Source: Sarea resinae (Eukaryota). Taken from it: a DNA stretch of 64,000 bases. The stretch lies in assembly GCA_026026165.1 (NCBI GenBank), contig JAPEUD010000048.1:124001-188000 (forward strand), read 5' to 3'. The notes under the pieces were generated by a model, which saw nothing but the letters and a program-made list of their open reading frames with translations, did no database searches and was not told the origin of the DNA. The translations under genes and the position numbers were made by a program. Positions within the stretch are counted from its first letter, which is position 1, and each line of letters begins with the position of its first letter. This document shows positions 42,890-53,650 of this stretch, piece by piece.

Positions 42890-43870
42890 GCAGGATGGAT
42901 AGATGGATAGATGGATAGATAGCATATGCATGTTCTCGAGCTGCTAGATAGATGGACCGATCGAATGGCTACCTTGGTGACGGACTACCTTGGTGACTGA
43001 CCTGGCTCCCTTGGCACCATTTCTCAACTACCCTACCACTACCCCTACTCCCCCTCCTCTCCCCTTACTCTCTCCCTACTCTACCCCCGGCACCTACTCC
43101 CCACCTTTCCCCTTTTTTTTTCTTTGCTTCCAAACCCAAACCCAAGACGGTGTAGATACCTTTACCTTTACCTTACCTTACCTTACCTTTCCTGGGTAGC
43201 CTAGGTAGCCTAGGTAGCCTAGCCTAGTATAGATGGATGGATAGGATAGGGATAAGGATAGGATAAGGATAGGATAGGATAGAAGGGATGGATAAGATAT
43301 GATTTGATATGGTGTGATCTGATTCGTATTTGATTCGCATTGTCTTGATTCACAATTGTCTTGATTGACTTGATCGGACTTGATCTGATCTGATCGGACT
43401 TGCCGTACAAGCAAGCAAGCAAACCATCGACAATCAACTATCAACTATCAGCCATCAACCATCCACCATCCACCATCAACCGAGAAACATAGACATCGAT
43501 CGTCGAACATAGACATCGAAACATGGCCGTAGATCCCGGCCCGAAGAAGAGGAAGAAGAAGAGCACGACCCTAAATATCTCGCACGCGCGACGGCAGAAG
43601 CCTCCGAGGACAAGCCCAGCGACCAAGCTAGCGACGACGGCCGTGAAGCGGGCCATCACCAGCACCATCAGAAGAGAAGAGAAGAGAAGAGAAGAGAAGA
43701 CTCAAAAGAGAAGAAAACGGAAGCGAAACGGAAGCGAAACAGGAACAGAAAACGTTCAAGAGGTATCTATGTGATCGGATCTGAGGTGATCTGCTCAGAT
43801 CAGGGCAGAGCAGAGCAGAGCAGAGCAGAGCAGGGTCGCGGCCGGGGAGTGAAAGCTAAGCTAAGCTAAG
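42890..43870. repeat. Microsatellite-saturated spacer: (GATG/GATA), (CCTTA), (GTAGCCTAG), (GGATA), (AGAAG), (CAGAG), (CTAAG)
   Basis: Directly visible tandem units between two convergent genes. Confidence 0.9.
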
Positions 43871-44106
43871 GTACAAAACGGGTGGAAACGAAAGAATCGA
43901 CGGGGGGGGCGGCGGACAGGACAGGACGACGAATGCTACGGTCGCTAATCTCCCTGCAAAGCAGCATATCCAACCACACACCCACACACGCATCATGGCA
44001 TGGCATGGCATGACCCTCCTCTCCGTACAAGACAGAACACGAGAAATGAAAGGCCTCGCTTCGAGCGCATCAGTGCGCAAGGACGGTCTGGATATCGGAC
44101 ATCTCT

Positions 44107-45267
44107 TCAGTCGTCGGCGCTGACGGCGCTGAGCGGCTGGCTTCGGGCACCACTGAGATCCCCACTGCCAGTCTTGCGCAACGCTTGGCGCATCGTCTCG
44201 ATGGTCAGTTCGCCCGTGGGCGAACTATACGAGAGCGCAGGGCTCGATGGCCCTCGGCTAGCCCGCCCTGGGGGGCTATCCAGACCCTTGAACGAGGGAG
44301 GACCGCTGGTGGGAGGAGACGTGCCCAGTCCCTGTTCGGACAGCGGCGAGCGAACGGGCGATGGGGACCGGTTCCCTGACAGATTGGTGGTCAGTCCGCT
44401 TAAATGCACCGACTCTCTGCTGCTCATGTGCTGCTCGGCATTCTCCGATTGAACCACGTCGGCGAACGAGATGAAGCTCAACCGACGCACATCGGCCGCG
44501 TCTAGAGCGCCGTAGTTCGAGGCCGTATCGTCATTGACGCTTTGGTTCAGGAGGTCGTCTAATGAGGCGGCAGGTATGTTGTCGTCAGGACCGGAGCTGG
44601 AGCCCGTCACCGTCACAGCGGCGGGCTGATGAGCCGAGTGGGTGACAATCGCCACGTTATCCGGATCCAGCCTCTCATCCGTGATCGCTTGTGCGGATGC
44701 TTCGAGGACCGGAGGAATGTGGTTTTCCGTTTGGATATGTGCTGGAATTGCTGGCGAGGGCTCGGTGGGTATGCTGTTTTCCTGCACGTTGCGCTCAAAG
44801 ATGGACGACGATGCAGGCGAGCTCATCCCCGGCGACGCAGATCGGAGATTGCGATGGGGCGAAGGGGACGTCTGATAGTGCAGAGCTGGGCCCTGTGGGG
44901 AGGATGCCTCGAAATCGGCACGAGATCGTAATGGCGATGCTGTCCTCGTTGTCTGTATCGGGACCGGATTTGCCGCTGCTTCTGGCTCTGGAGCGGCGTC
45001 ATCATCGACTTGCTGCTTGTCCCCGTCTTTTCCATTCTTTGCATCCTTTCCGTCTTTTCCGTCCTTCTTCTTTCCAAATCCAAATAATCTTCTCCTCCCT
45101 GGTTTGGATGTCGGCCCAGATTCTGTACCCGGGCCTTGGTCCTCCTCACCTGTAGTCGTCATGGCGGATACTTCCGAGTATTCCCCACCGAGCAGTGAAT
45201 TCGACGACGAATGCGACATCGATCCGGCGACGGTATCGGTGGTCGGGTTGCTACCAATTGAGGTCAT
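44107..45267 (-). CDS. Conserved fungal hypothetical Ser/Pro-rich protein (386 aa)
   Basis: Long single ORF with fungal-type motifs SIFERNVQE, PAIPAHIQTENHIPPVLEASAQAITD, RRLSFISFADVV and ELTIETMRQALRKT. Function not recognised. Confidence 0.8.
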   Translation of the reverse strand: MTSIGSNPTTDTVAGSMSHSSSNSLLGGEYSEVSAMTTTGEEDQGPGTESGPTSKPGRRRLFGFGKKKDGKDGKDAKNGKDGDKQQVDDDAAPEPEAAANPVPIQTTRTASPLRSRADFEASSPQGPALHYQTSPSPHRNLRSASPGMSSPASSSIFERNVQENSIPTEPSPAIPAHIQTENHIPPVLEASAQAITDERLDPDNVAIVTHSAHQPAAVTVTGSSSGPDDNIPAASLDDLLNQSVNDDTASNYGALDAADVRRLSFISFADVVQSENAEQHMSSRESVHLSGLTTNLSGNRSPSPVRSPLSEQGLGTSPPTSGPPSFKGLDSPPGRASRGPSSPALSYSSPTGELTIETMRQALRKTGSGDLSGARSQPLSAVSADD

Positions 45268-45699
45268 CTTGCCATAAATGATGATGTTCGGGCGTTTGCG
45301 ACTTCGAGCGGAGATACCCCGGTCAGGAGTAGAGCAACGACGGAATCAAGTCGATGATGGAACTATCAGAAGATGGTCAGCCCCCCTTCTCCCTCTACTG
45401 TCTTTCCAACCACGGCATACAGGGAGAGGCGGCTGAGAAGGATGCTGAGGAAACTCAACGTGCCGCTTCGGCAACTGCACCATGTTCGCCCGCCCGTGCA
45501 TTGAAGGGCCAATGTATTCGTACTCACCTCGCTCGGATCACCGCCACCAGCTCCGTGAAAGATGGAGAAGAGTCGAGACAGAGAGGAAGGAGATGGGACT
45601 TTTACGAGATGGTCCGCTATGCTTGGGTGGAGATGGTGGAGTTTGAAGAGGAACGGGGACGTTACCGTGGTTCAGGTCTGGCTGGTATGGTATGGAAGA

Positions 45700-45795
45700 G
45701 GAGGCTTGGGCTTGGGCGTGGGTTTGGGTTTGGGTTTGGGTGTGGGTGTGTGTGGGTGTGGGTGTGAGTGTGTGTCGTGTTGTATTGTATTGTAT
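45700..45795. repeat. Degenerate hexamer array (GGCTTG/GGTTTG/GGTGTG) grading into (TG)n and (TGTAT)n
   Basis: Directly visible. Confidence 0.85.
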
Positions 45796-46743
45796 GTATT
45801 CTGTCTCAGCTGGGAGGTCCAAGGCGGCGAAGGCATGGGGATCGGAAGTAGAGATACCCGCGAGGATGGGAACCCGGTGGTGGTGATGCGCGTACCGACA
45901 CTTGACCCAGGGCCATTCGGTCCCTGAGAGACCTGCGACTTGGGCATGGGATGACGCAGCCGGTCATGCACCCACTCGCCCTTTTCGCACTTGTCGCACT
46001 TGTCGCCCTCTACCGACTCTGCGGCGTCCTGAAGGAGCAAGGTGCAACGTACTACGTCGGACGCGGGACGTGCAGTTATGAAGGAGTTGGGCCGCGAACG
46101 GCTGAGGCATTTGCGAGGGATCAATGTACTCGGTACATCTCGCTGCACATCATTCTCGACGCCATGTCTGGTCACGGAGACTTGAGGGGTACGAACAGAC
46201 AGACAGACAAGAAGCCATCCGTCCAGGGGGTGAGAATGCGATGTCGATGTGGATGAGGACGAACCCCGGGAATCCCCAGAAGCCCCGAGATCCATGGATG
46301 GATCCAATGCGAACCTGAGAGGAGGGACGCAGGACAGTACGAGGCACGAGGTACCTGCCTTCCATTCCCTCCCACGAGTACTGCGTAGGAGTACTGAGTA
46401 CCTTTACCTAGGTACCTCCAGCTATGTGAGGAGCAGTAGAGAAGTGCATTTGATGCCGCTTTCACCGGCCGTACTGTTGGATGCTCATCCTGCATCTCCG
46501 TCACCACTCGCGCCCCGTGGCGCCCCGTGATGTCCTTCTCCATGCAGCCTAGCGTCCAGGACAGAAAGAGGTGAGCGATGCATCTTTGGCACCACCGCAC
46601 CACAGTATCCCGAGCAGCTTCTGCTTTGCTTCGGCCTCGATTTGATCCCATCCGCTTGCTCATCACCCGCCATCCACCGTCACCATCCTCGGAGCCATTG
46701 ACCCTGCGGCTTGGATGGAGAAGGCCTGTTCTGCTTCTCCACG

Positions 46744-47364
46744 ATGAATTCCGCCATTCCCCGGAGGCCAGCCGTCGCCTTGTTGTCCAAATCCGCCTCC
46801 CCTTCTTCGACCACATCCCCTTCATTACCATCATGTTGGAAGCGACATGAATCCTCGTTCCGCCGAACGAAGCTGCGGCTGCGGGTCAAGCCTGATCCTT
46901 CTTTTGCATCATCGAGTCTGAGTCCTCAGCAAGATCACATCGTCTTCAACCCTCCCTCCTCGGCCCCCTCAGTCTATCACACGCCCGCGAAGTTTCTGCC
47001 GCAAGGCGACCCCCGACGCAAACTCTTCGCCGCCGTCTCCAACGGCTCATCATCTTCTACAAACACGATACTGCCTCCGCCGGTGCGACAGCCATACGAG
47101 AAGAAATATCATCTCACCGAGGCCGACATGGAGGAGATCCGTCGGCTGCGCACCGAAGACCCCAGCGTGTGGACACGCGAGGCCTTGTCGAAAAAGTTCA
47201 ATTGCTCGAATCTCTTCGTCGGCATCGTTTGCCAGGCCACCAAGGAACACAAGGGCCAGCAGAAGGAGATCCTGGAAGCCGTCAAGGCTAAATGGGGACG
47301 GAGACGGCGGGAGGCCAGAGAGGACCGGGTGCGAAGACGAGAGGCTTGGCAGAGGGATGAGTAA
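46744..47364 (+). CDS. MRPL20: Mitochondrial large-subunit ribosomal protein mL58
   Basis: Presequence followed by RHESSFRRTKLRL, IVFNPPSSAPSVYHTPAKFLPQGDPRR, KKYHLT..DMEEIRRLR..DP..WTR..LSKKFNCS and KWG..RR.AREDR.RR. Confidence 0.85.
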   Translation: MNSAIPRRPAVALLSKSASPSSTTSPSLPSCWKRHESSFRRTKLRLRVKPDPSFASSSLSPQQDHIVFNPPSSAPSVYHTPAKFLPQGDPRRKLFAAVSNGSSSSTNTILPPPVRQPYEKKYHLTEADMEEIRRLRTEDPSVWTREALSKKFNCSNLFVGIVCQATKEHKGQQKEILEAVKAKWGRRRREAREDRVRRREAWQRDE

Positions 47365-47908
47365 GGGTATTTCCGTCTCACTGCATGTCTTGCGGGTGAC
47401 GGAGAAGGGATACGTTGGATCTCTTTTCAGTGCGTGAAGCCGCCGCTGTCTGATCACCTCCTGGACGATGGCTTCGTTCAGACATCTCCACCAGCCCTCC
47501 ACCACACAGCATGATGGCCGGTGTGGAATCTCCTACTCCGTTCACATCCTCTCATCACCACCGACGGCTCATTTGATTTCTCGATGGCCGTGCACTCGTT
47601 CTAAAGCATTCTCCTGTACGTTTCTTGGGGAGCTAGGCGTGGGGTCCGGTAGCACCAGTCGGATGCTGCGTCGCTGAATCGGCGGCGGGGAGATGCTCAT
47701 ATCACGAGATCTTCCAGAGCGGGCATTATCATGTATTTAACAGTTGTAAAATAGTAGAATCTACGTCTAAATTGGCCATGTGGCATGTTGCCGCAAATCG
47801 ACTAGACACAGGGGGCTCCATTCGATTTTGCTTTTGCAGCCGTAAATAATCGCTCGATTCTCGCCTACTCGCGGGTCAAGCCGCACAACAGGTCACTGCG
47901 ACGGCCCT

Positions 47909-49801
47909 ATGCATCTCATCCCCTCAATGCCCCGCGTCCCGTCCCTCGCAAAGCTCGTTGCAGCTCCTGTCAGATCATTCGCAACTATATCTTCATCTTT
48001 GTCGTTTTTGCCCTCGACGAGAAAGCCTCTCTCCTCGTTCTATCCGCGTATACCGTTTCCCAGATATCGGTTCTATAGCTCCAGTCGCAACATGGCTCCG
48101 CAACTCGACTCATACTTCAAGCAGTACGCCCAGGTCTTCCCTCTGCTAAGATGATTCTGACCAAAATACAGGGTCGATGACCTGTCCGGTGCTTTCATTG
48201 AGCGTCGGTATTCTGCTACGAAGATGAAGGCTTTCACTAATTATCATTAGGGCTGAGGAAAGCCGTTGCTATTCCGTCAGTCTCGGCGGAAGAAGAGCGA
48301 AGGCCAGATGTCATCAGGGTAGCTTGCAACCGTCCTCCTCCACCTACTAAGGGATTGACAAGTATCAGATGGGCCAATTCCTGGCTTCAGAACTCGAGGC
48401 CCTCGGTGCCGAAGTCCAACAACGACCGCTCGGAAAGCAACCGCACAAGGAACACCTCGATCTACCCCCCGTGGTGATCGCAAGATACGGCAACGACAAG
48501 AGCAAGCGCACCATCCTCGTGTACGGCCACTACGACGTCCAGCCGGCACTCAAGGATGATGGCTGGGCCACGGAGCCTTTCCAGCTCACCGTCGACGACA
48601 AGGGCCGCATGTACGGCCGCGGCAGCACCGACGACAAGGGCCCCGTCCTCGGCTGGCTCAACGTCATCGAAGCCCACAAGAAAGCCGGCATCGAGTTCCC
48701 CGTGAACCTGCTCATGTGCTTCGAGGGTATGGAAGAGTACGGGTCCGAAGGGCTCGACGACTTCATCAACGCCGAGGCCAAGAAGTTCTTCGCCGACGCC
48801 GACGCAGTCTGCATCTCAGACAACTACTGGCTCGGCACGGAGAAGCCGTGTTTGACATATGGTCTGCGCGGCTGCAGCTACTACTCGGTCGAGATCTCCG
48901 GGCCCGGCCAGGACCTCCACAGCGGCGTCTTCGGTGGCACCGCCCAAGAGCCCATGACGGATCTCGTGCGCGTGTTGGGATCCCTCGTCGACACCGACGG
49001 CAAGATCCTCATCCCCGGCATCAAGGATCTCGTCGCACCCGTCACGGCCGAAGAGCAAGCCCTCTACGGCGACATCTCTTTCACCATGGACAATCTGTAC
49101 GAATCGCTCGGCAGCACGACGGGCATCTACCCGGACAAGGAGCGCACGCTGATGGGCCGATGGCGGTTCCCGTCGCTCTCGATCCACGGCATCGAAGGCG
49201 GCTTCTCGGCGCCCGGCGCGAAGACGGTCATCCCCGCCAAAGTCACGGGCAAGTTCTCGATCCGCACGGTGCCGAACATGGAGATCGAAGCCGTCAACGA
49301 GCTGGTCTTCAAGCACGTCAAGTCGGAATTCGCCAAGCTGGGCTCCAAGAACACGCTGAACGTGTACCTGCAGCACGCGGGCAAGTGGTGGGTGGCGAGC
49401 CCGAAGCACTGGAACTTCACGGCGGCGACCAAGGCGACGGAGAAGGTGTGGGGCGTCAAGCCCGACCTGACGCGCGAGGGCGGCAGCATCCCCGTCACGC
49501 TCACGTTCGAGCAGGCCACGGGCAAGAACGTGCTCCTGCTTCCCATGGGCAGCTCGACGGACGCCGCTCATTCGATCAACGAGAAGTTGGACAAGAAGAA
49601 CTAGTAAGTCTCTTACTCCTTTTCCCTTTCTGTGTCTCCTCTGCGTTTTGAGGGTGGGCCTTTTACTGTGCTCTTCAGCTATATGCACACACAGAGACAG
49701 TACAAACTTGCTAACACCTCCACCCCCGAATCCACAGCATCGAGGGCGTCAAACTACTCGGAGCATACCTGCACTACGTGGCCGAAGAGCCCATGGCCTA
49801 G
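47909..49801 (+). CDS. DUG1: Cys-Gly metallodipeptidase (M20A, glutathione degradation); conserved start at ATG 48092 with upstream in-frame presequence
   Basis: MAPQLDSYFKQ|VD...|LRKAVAIPSVSA...|LVYGHYDVQPA, YGRGSTDDKGP, FEGMEEYGSEGL, DLHSG, REGGSIPV, AHSINEKLD..NY|IEGVKLLGAYLHYVAEEPMA*. Confidence 0.95.
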
Positions 49802-50851
49802 ACTAGCCTAGACTAGACAAAAACTAGCTTCGACCAGACTAGACCAATACACCGTTCAATTATCTATCTATCTCCCGTTCTTGTTTCTCTCTCTCTTCAT
49901 TCTTTCTTTCCCTCGTGGGTTTTGACTCCTTCATCTCTGTCTCTTCTTTCTCGTCTGTCGACGATGAAGATGAAGCCTGGTTTCGTAGCCGGTGTTGGAT
50001 GTATGATCCGGTGTCCTCTCGGGCCAGGGAGGCAGAGGGAGAGAGATGGATACGTAGGGAGGTAGGTAGGTTGTCAGAGGTTGTCGGGGGTCGTCGGGGG
50101 TCAATCGGTCAATCATTTAGCTAGATAGGTGATAGGTGGATAGGCGATAGTAAGGCAGGCAGGCAGGCACAAGCTGGCCGCTATATCTATATCTAGATGT
50201 TCCTCTAGCTATATTTTACTTGTTTACTTGGCTGTTTCCTTGCTTGCTTATTCACTCACTCAGAGGTGGTAAGGGAAGTAGGGAGAGGGAAGTAGGCAGA
50301 GGGAGTAGAGAGGGGAGGGGAGTAGGGAGAGGGAGGGGAGTAGAGATCAATCGTTAGTTTCATAAATGAATAAATAGACGCAAGGGTCTTATCTCTCTTT
50401 CTCCCTCTTATATCTTTCTCTTCTCTCTCTTCTCTCTCTTCTCTCTCTTCTCTCTCTTCTCTCTCTTCTCTTTCTCTTCTCTCTCTTATGTCTTTCTCTT
50501 CTCTACCTCTTCTCTACACGCATATATACACATAGTGGCTTGACCTAACTAAACTAGACCTAAGTTGATATAATATCATCACAAACCCAACTACCGACTA
50601 ACCTACTGACTACTAACAGATAGCTTGTCAATGCCTCTGATTAGATACAAGTACTTCTTGTACGACAAGATATAGGAGATATAGGAGGATATGAAAACTT
50701 TATCTAAAATCTAACCCTAAACCTAAGCCCTACGTAGTAAACTTGAAACTTTGAAACTTTGAAACTTCGAAACTTGGAACTTGAGCTTGAGCCTGAAATC
50801 TGAATCCGACCTTGAATCGGAGATCGGAAATTTTGACATTCTAGTGAAAAG

Positions 50852-50891
<40 letters not shown>

Positions 50892-51060
50892 AAAGGAAAA
50901 AGGCAAGGGTATGCTATGCTATATAGAATATGCTTTATTATGTTTGGTTAATGCTCTGTTGATGCTTTGTTGACACTATGCTATATTGATACTATGCTAT
51001 ACGATATATAATATGTTATACTATCTCGATACTATGCTATGCTATGAAAAAAAAAAAATA
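49802..51060. repeat. AT-rich microsatellite block: (CTAGA), (AGGC), purine tract, (TCTCTCTCT/TCTCTCTTC)n, (GAAACTTT)n, (GA)14, (TATGC), poly-A
   Basis: Directly visible between the convergent DUG1 and SRY1-like genes. Confidence 0.9.
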
Positions 51061-51653
51061 CCACGCAACCCAATGCTAGGACCCTAACGACGACCCCAAA
51101 ACCTGCACGACCTCTAGATGCAAACAAAAAATCAATCAAAACCACACCGATCGACCTATCACTGTCTAGATGACTCGCCCGATAGTCTCGGTATCTAAAA
51201 GCGTGTCTCTCTCCTATGCTGAATTGGATGACGCTCGCGCTGATACCTTTTCATTCCTTTCCCGCTCCCTCTCGTTCTCTTCCTCGCTTTCCTGCTGTTT
51301 GCTTTCCCGCCGTCTCGGGCCCCTGACAGGCGACGAGGGGACAGAGGCGTTGTGCGTCGCTGATGGTCGGATGGAAAGACGGGACCGGCTTCTCTTTCCC
51401 TGCTTTTTGGACGTGCGCTGCCCCTTTATCTCTGTCCTTCTGTCCACCCTGGGTTTCCAAGCATATACATGGCAGCTCTGCGGAAATATAGCAGCCAGAG
51501 ACCCGAAAAAGAAGTCGGGCGTCCATTTTGCCTTGGAAACGGCGAGAAAAAACTAGGCCTTTGTTCTGGCGTCCGTCTTCGCCAGCGAATAAGATGCAGC
51601 TCGACGCAATTCAAATCCACCAAGCCAACGCAACCAAGTCAACTCAACTCAGC

Positions 51654-53036
51654 TCAACCGGCGACGTTCTCGGCCGTCTTCTTGCCGTCCTTTCCCACCA
51701 CGCCTTGCTCCCTCTCGACTTTCCATCCCTTCCCGCCTTCGGCGCCACGACCTACAGTCGCCTTCGCAGCAGCACTAAAGAGGCCCCCAACGGCCTCGAG
51801 CGTCGTATTCCCACCGCTCAGCACGACGCCGAGATTGATCTCGCCCGTTCCACGGCCCTCCTTGACCTTTCTCTCCGCCTCCTCGGCCAGCACGCGCCGG
51901 AAGCCCTCGTCGAACAGCGCCACCGCGACGCCGACAACGGCACTAGGTTCCACCCACACCTTCAAGCGCTCCACGACGAGTCTCATCGCCGCCTTGATCT
52001 CGTCTTCGCTGACCGAGTATATTCCTCGGACCTTGGCCGGGTTGGAGATGATACTCCAAGGGATGACGCCGAGAGGCGTTCGTAGCCCGTCGGCAATGGT
52101 GAGACTCCGGACGGTGTCGATACGCGTGCCCGTGCTCAGAGAACGGGTGGCGTCATCGGCGCCCTGGAAGGAGGGTTCGGCGCCGAACACAAGCGTCCCA
52201 GTGCCGCTGAAGGCGGTCGCGACGCCAGCGAGCATACCGCCGCCACCGCAGGGCGCAATGACCGCGTCGAGATGTGGGTGCTGCTGTTCTTGTTGCTCCG
52301 CGCCGCCAGATCCATTGTTCTTTCGAGACCGGAGCAGATCCTCAACCTGCTTCTCCAGCTCCAGCGCCAAGGTGCCCTGGCCCAGTACAATATCAGGATG
52401 GTCGTACGGCGGTACCAGGTACGCACCGGTACGCTCAATGACCTCCTTCACGACCGCCTCGCGCTCATCGGCCGTTGAGCCGCTGAAGATGATATCCGCA
52501 CCCTGCGCCCTCGTCGCCGCAATCTTAGAGGGCGTAGAGATGGAGGGCATGACGATATACGCCTTGACGCCCCTGGTCCTGGCTGCGAGCGCCAAAGCCT
52601 GCGCGTGGTTCCCGCTCGAATGCGTCACGACGCCCTTGGCCAATTGGGCATCGGACAAGCGTGCCAGGGCGTGAAAGGCCCCCCGGACCTTGAAGGCGCC
52701 GATCTTCTGGAAATTCTCGCATTTGAAGAAGATGTTGATTCGCGGTGGATTGACTGGCTCGACCGAAGGATCGTTGGTGCCGGATGAGTGCAGGAGAGCT
52801 TCGTGCGTTTGGGGTTGCGAGGCGATGCTCGAGAGCGTCGTGGATGTTATGACGGGGGTTTGATGGATGTAAGGTTTGATGAGCTCGTGGGCTTCTTGGA
52901 CACCGCGGCGGGTGAGGGGACGGGCGAGGGGCCGCGATTGGTGACGAGGAGGTTGTCGGGGCTCTTGGGACGGTTCGGACGGTTCGGACTGCCCGGGCTG
53001 TTCGGGCTGCTGGGGTTGATCTTCAGAGGTGGCCAT
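51654..53036 (-). CDS. PLP-dependent serine racemase / threo-3-hydroxyaspartate ammonia-lyase-like (Ser/Thr dehydratase family, SRY1-like)
   Basis: Single exon, 460 aa. FKCENFQKIGAFKVRGA (PLP lysine), THSSGNHAQA, PPYDHPDIVLGQGT, PCGGGGMLAG, TIADGLRT, VEPSA and VLSGGN. No ACT regulatory domain. Confidence 0.88.
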   Translation of the reverse strand: MATSEDQPQQPEQPGQSEPSEPSQEPRQPPRHQSRPLARPLTRRGVQEAHELIKPYIHQTPVITSTTLSSIASQPQTHEALLHSSGTNDPSVEPVNPPRINIFFKCENFQKIGAFKVRGAFHALARLSDAQLAKGVVTHSSGNHAQALALAARTRGVKAYIVMPSISTPSKIAATRAQGADIIFSGSTADEREAVVKEVIERTGAYLVPPYDHPDIVLGQGTLALELEKQVEDLLRSRKNNGSGGAEQQEQQHPHLDAVIAPCGGGGMLAGVATAFSGTGTLVFGAEPSFQGADDATRSLSTGTRIDTVRSLTIADGLRTPLGVIPWSIISNPAKVRGIYSVSEDEIKAAMRLVVERLKVWVEPSAVVGVAVALFDEGFRRVLAEEAERKVKEGRGTGEINLGVVLSGGNTTLEAVGGLFSAAAKATVGRGAEGGKGWKVEREQGVVGKDGKKTAENVAG

Positions 53037-53650
53037 GAGTGGAGAAGGCTGTCAGTTGGTCTTGTATTGAGAGCAGTACAGTATGTACAGAAAAGAACCA
53101 GAAGGAAAGGAAGAAGAGAGGAGGACGTGAAGCCTTAAATAGTGTGATGATTGATAAACACCTGGCAAGAGGAAGGATGATAGTAGGAACGGCAAGGTAG
53201 GTAAGGAAGGCAAGGCAATAGTGGGGTGGTATGCCGCGAGGGGCTCGGGGGACGCAGTACGCAGTAGTCAGGGCTGGGATATGTACGAAGGTACGATGTA
53301 CGATGTACTATGATAGTGCGGCCCCTCAGCGGGCCGAGCTGCCAAGTCAGGCCCAAAAGGCCATCACGACATCCGGGCCAGTGAGGGTGAAAAGCCATTA
53401 CGCGGTACTACGACGATAGAGGAAGTCGGGCTGGAGTAGTCGAGTTCTCTACTCCGGAGTATGCAAGTCTCGCATCTCACCAGGATTCACCAGCATCATG
53501 ATAGCCATATGGTCACCGTCCAATCAACTTTTAGGAGTCCACGGATAGAATACAAAGCTGCCAATGTGAAAAGTCCCGCGCCCATTGCTTGCACAATACG
53601 TCTACCACGACCATCTCCATGCCCTTCGCCAAGTCCTCCCGTCTGATCCT

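Noticed and set aside
45354..46889. Several 130-220 aa ORFs between the hypothetical gene and MRPL20
   Set aside because: They span repeat tracts in a divergent promoter/leader region and give repetitive or unrecognisable translations.
48716..49688. Long overlapping ORFs (311 aa +, 290 aa -) within DUG1
   Set aside because: Shadow ORFs caused by extreme GC3; Arg/Ala-rich translations with no domain.
25078..49801. GGCT-like gene plus DUG1 as a glutathione-degradation cluster
   Set aside because: They are 22 kb apart with many unrelated housekeeping genes between, and the GGCT-like substrate is unknown.
50705..50732. CTAACCCTAA, a telomere-repeat or telomerase-template-like motif
   Set aside because: Only about 1.5 repeats, embedded in a degenerate CTAAAN/CTAAGC array within an AT-rich repeat block. 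No other telomerase RNA features seen.
51469..52674. 401-aa ORF antisense to the SRY1-like gene
   Set aside because: Codon-aligned antisense shadow of a GC-rich CDS; low-complexity Ser/Pro/Thr product.
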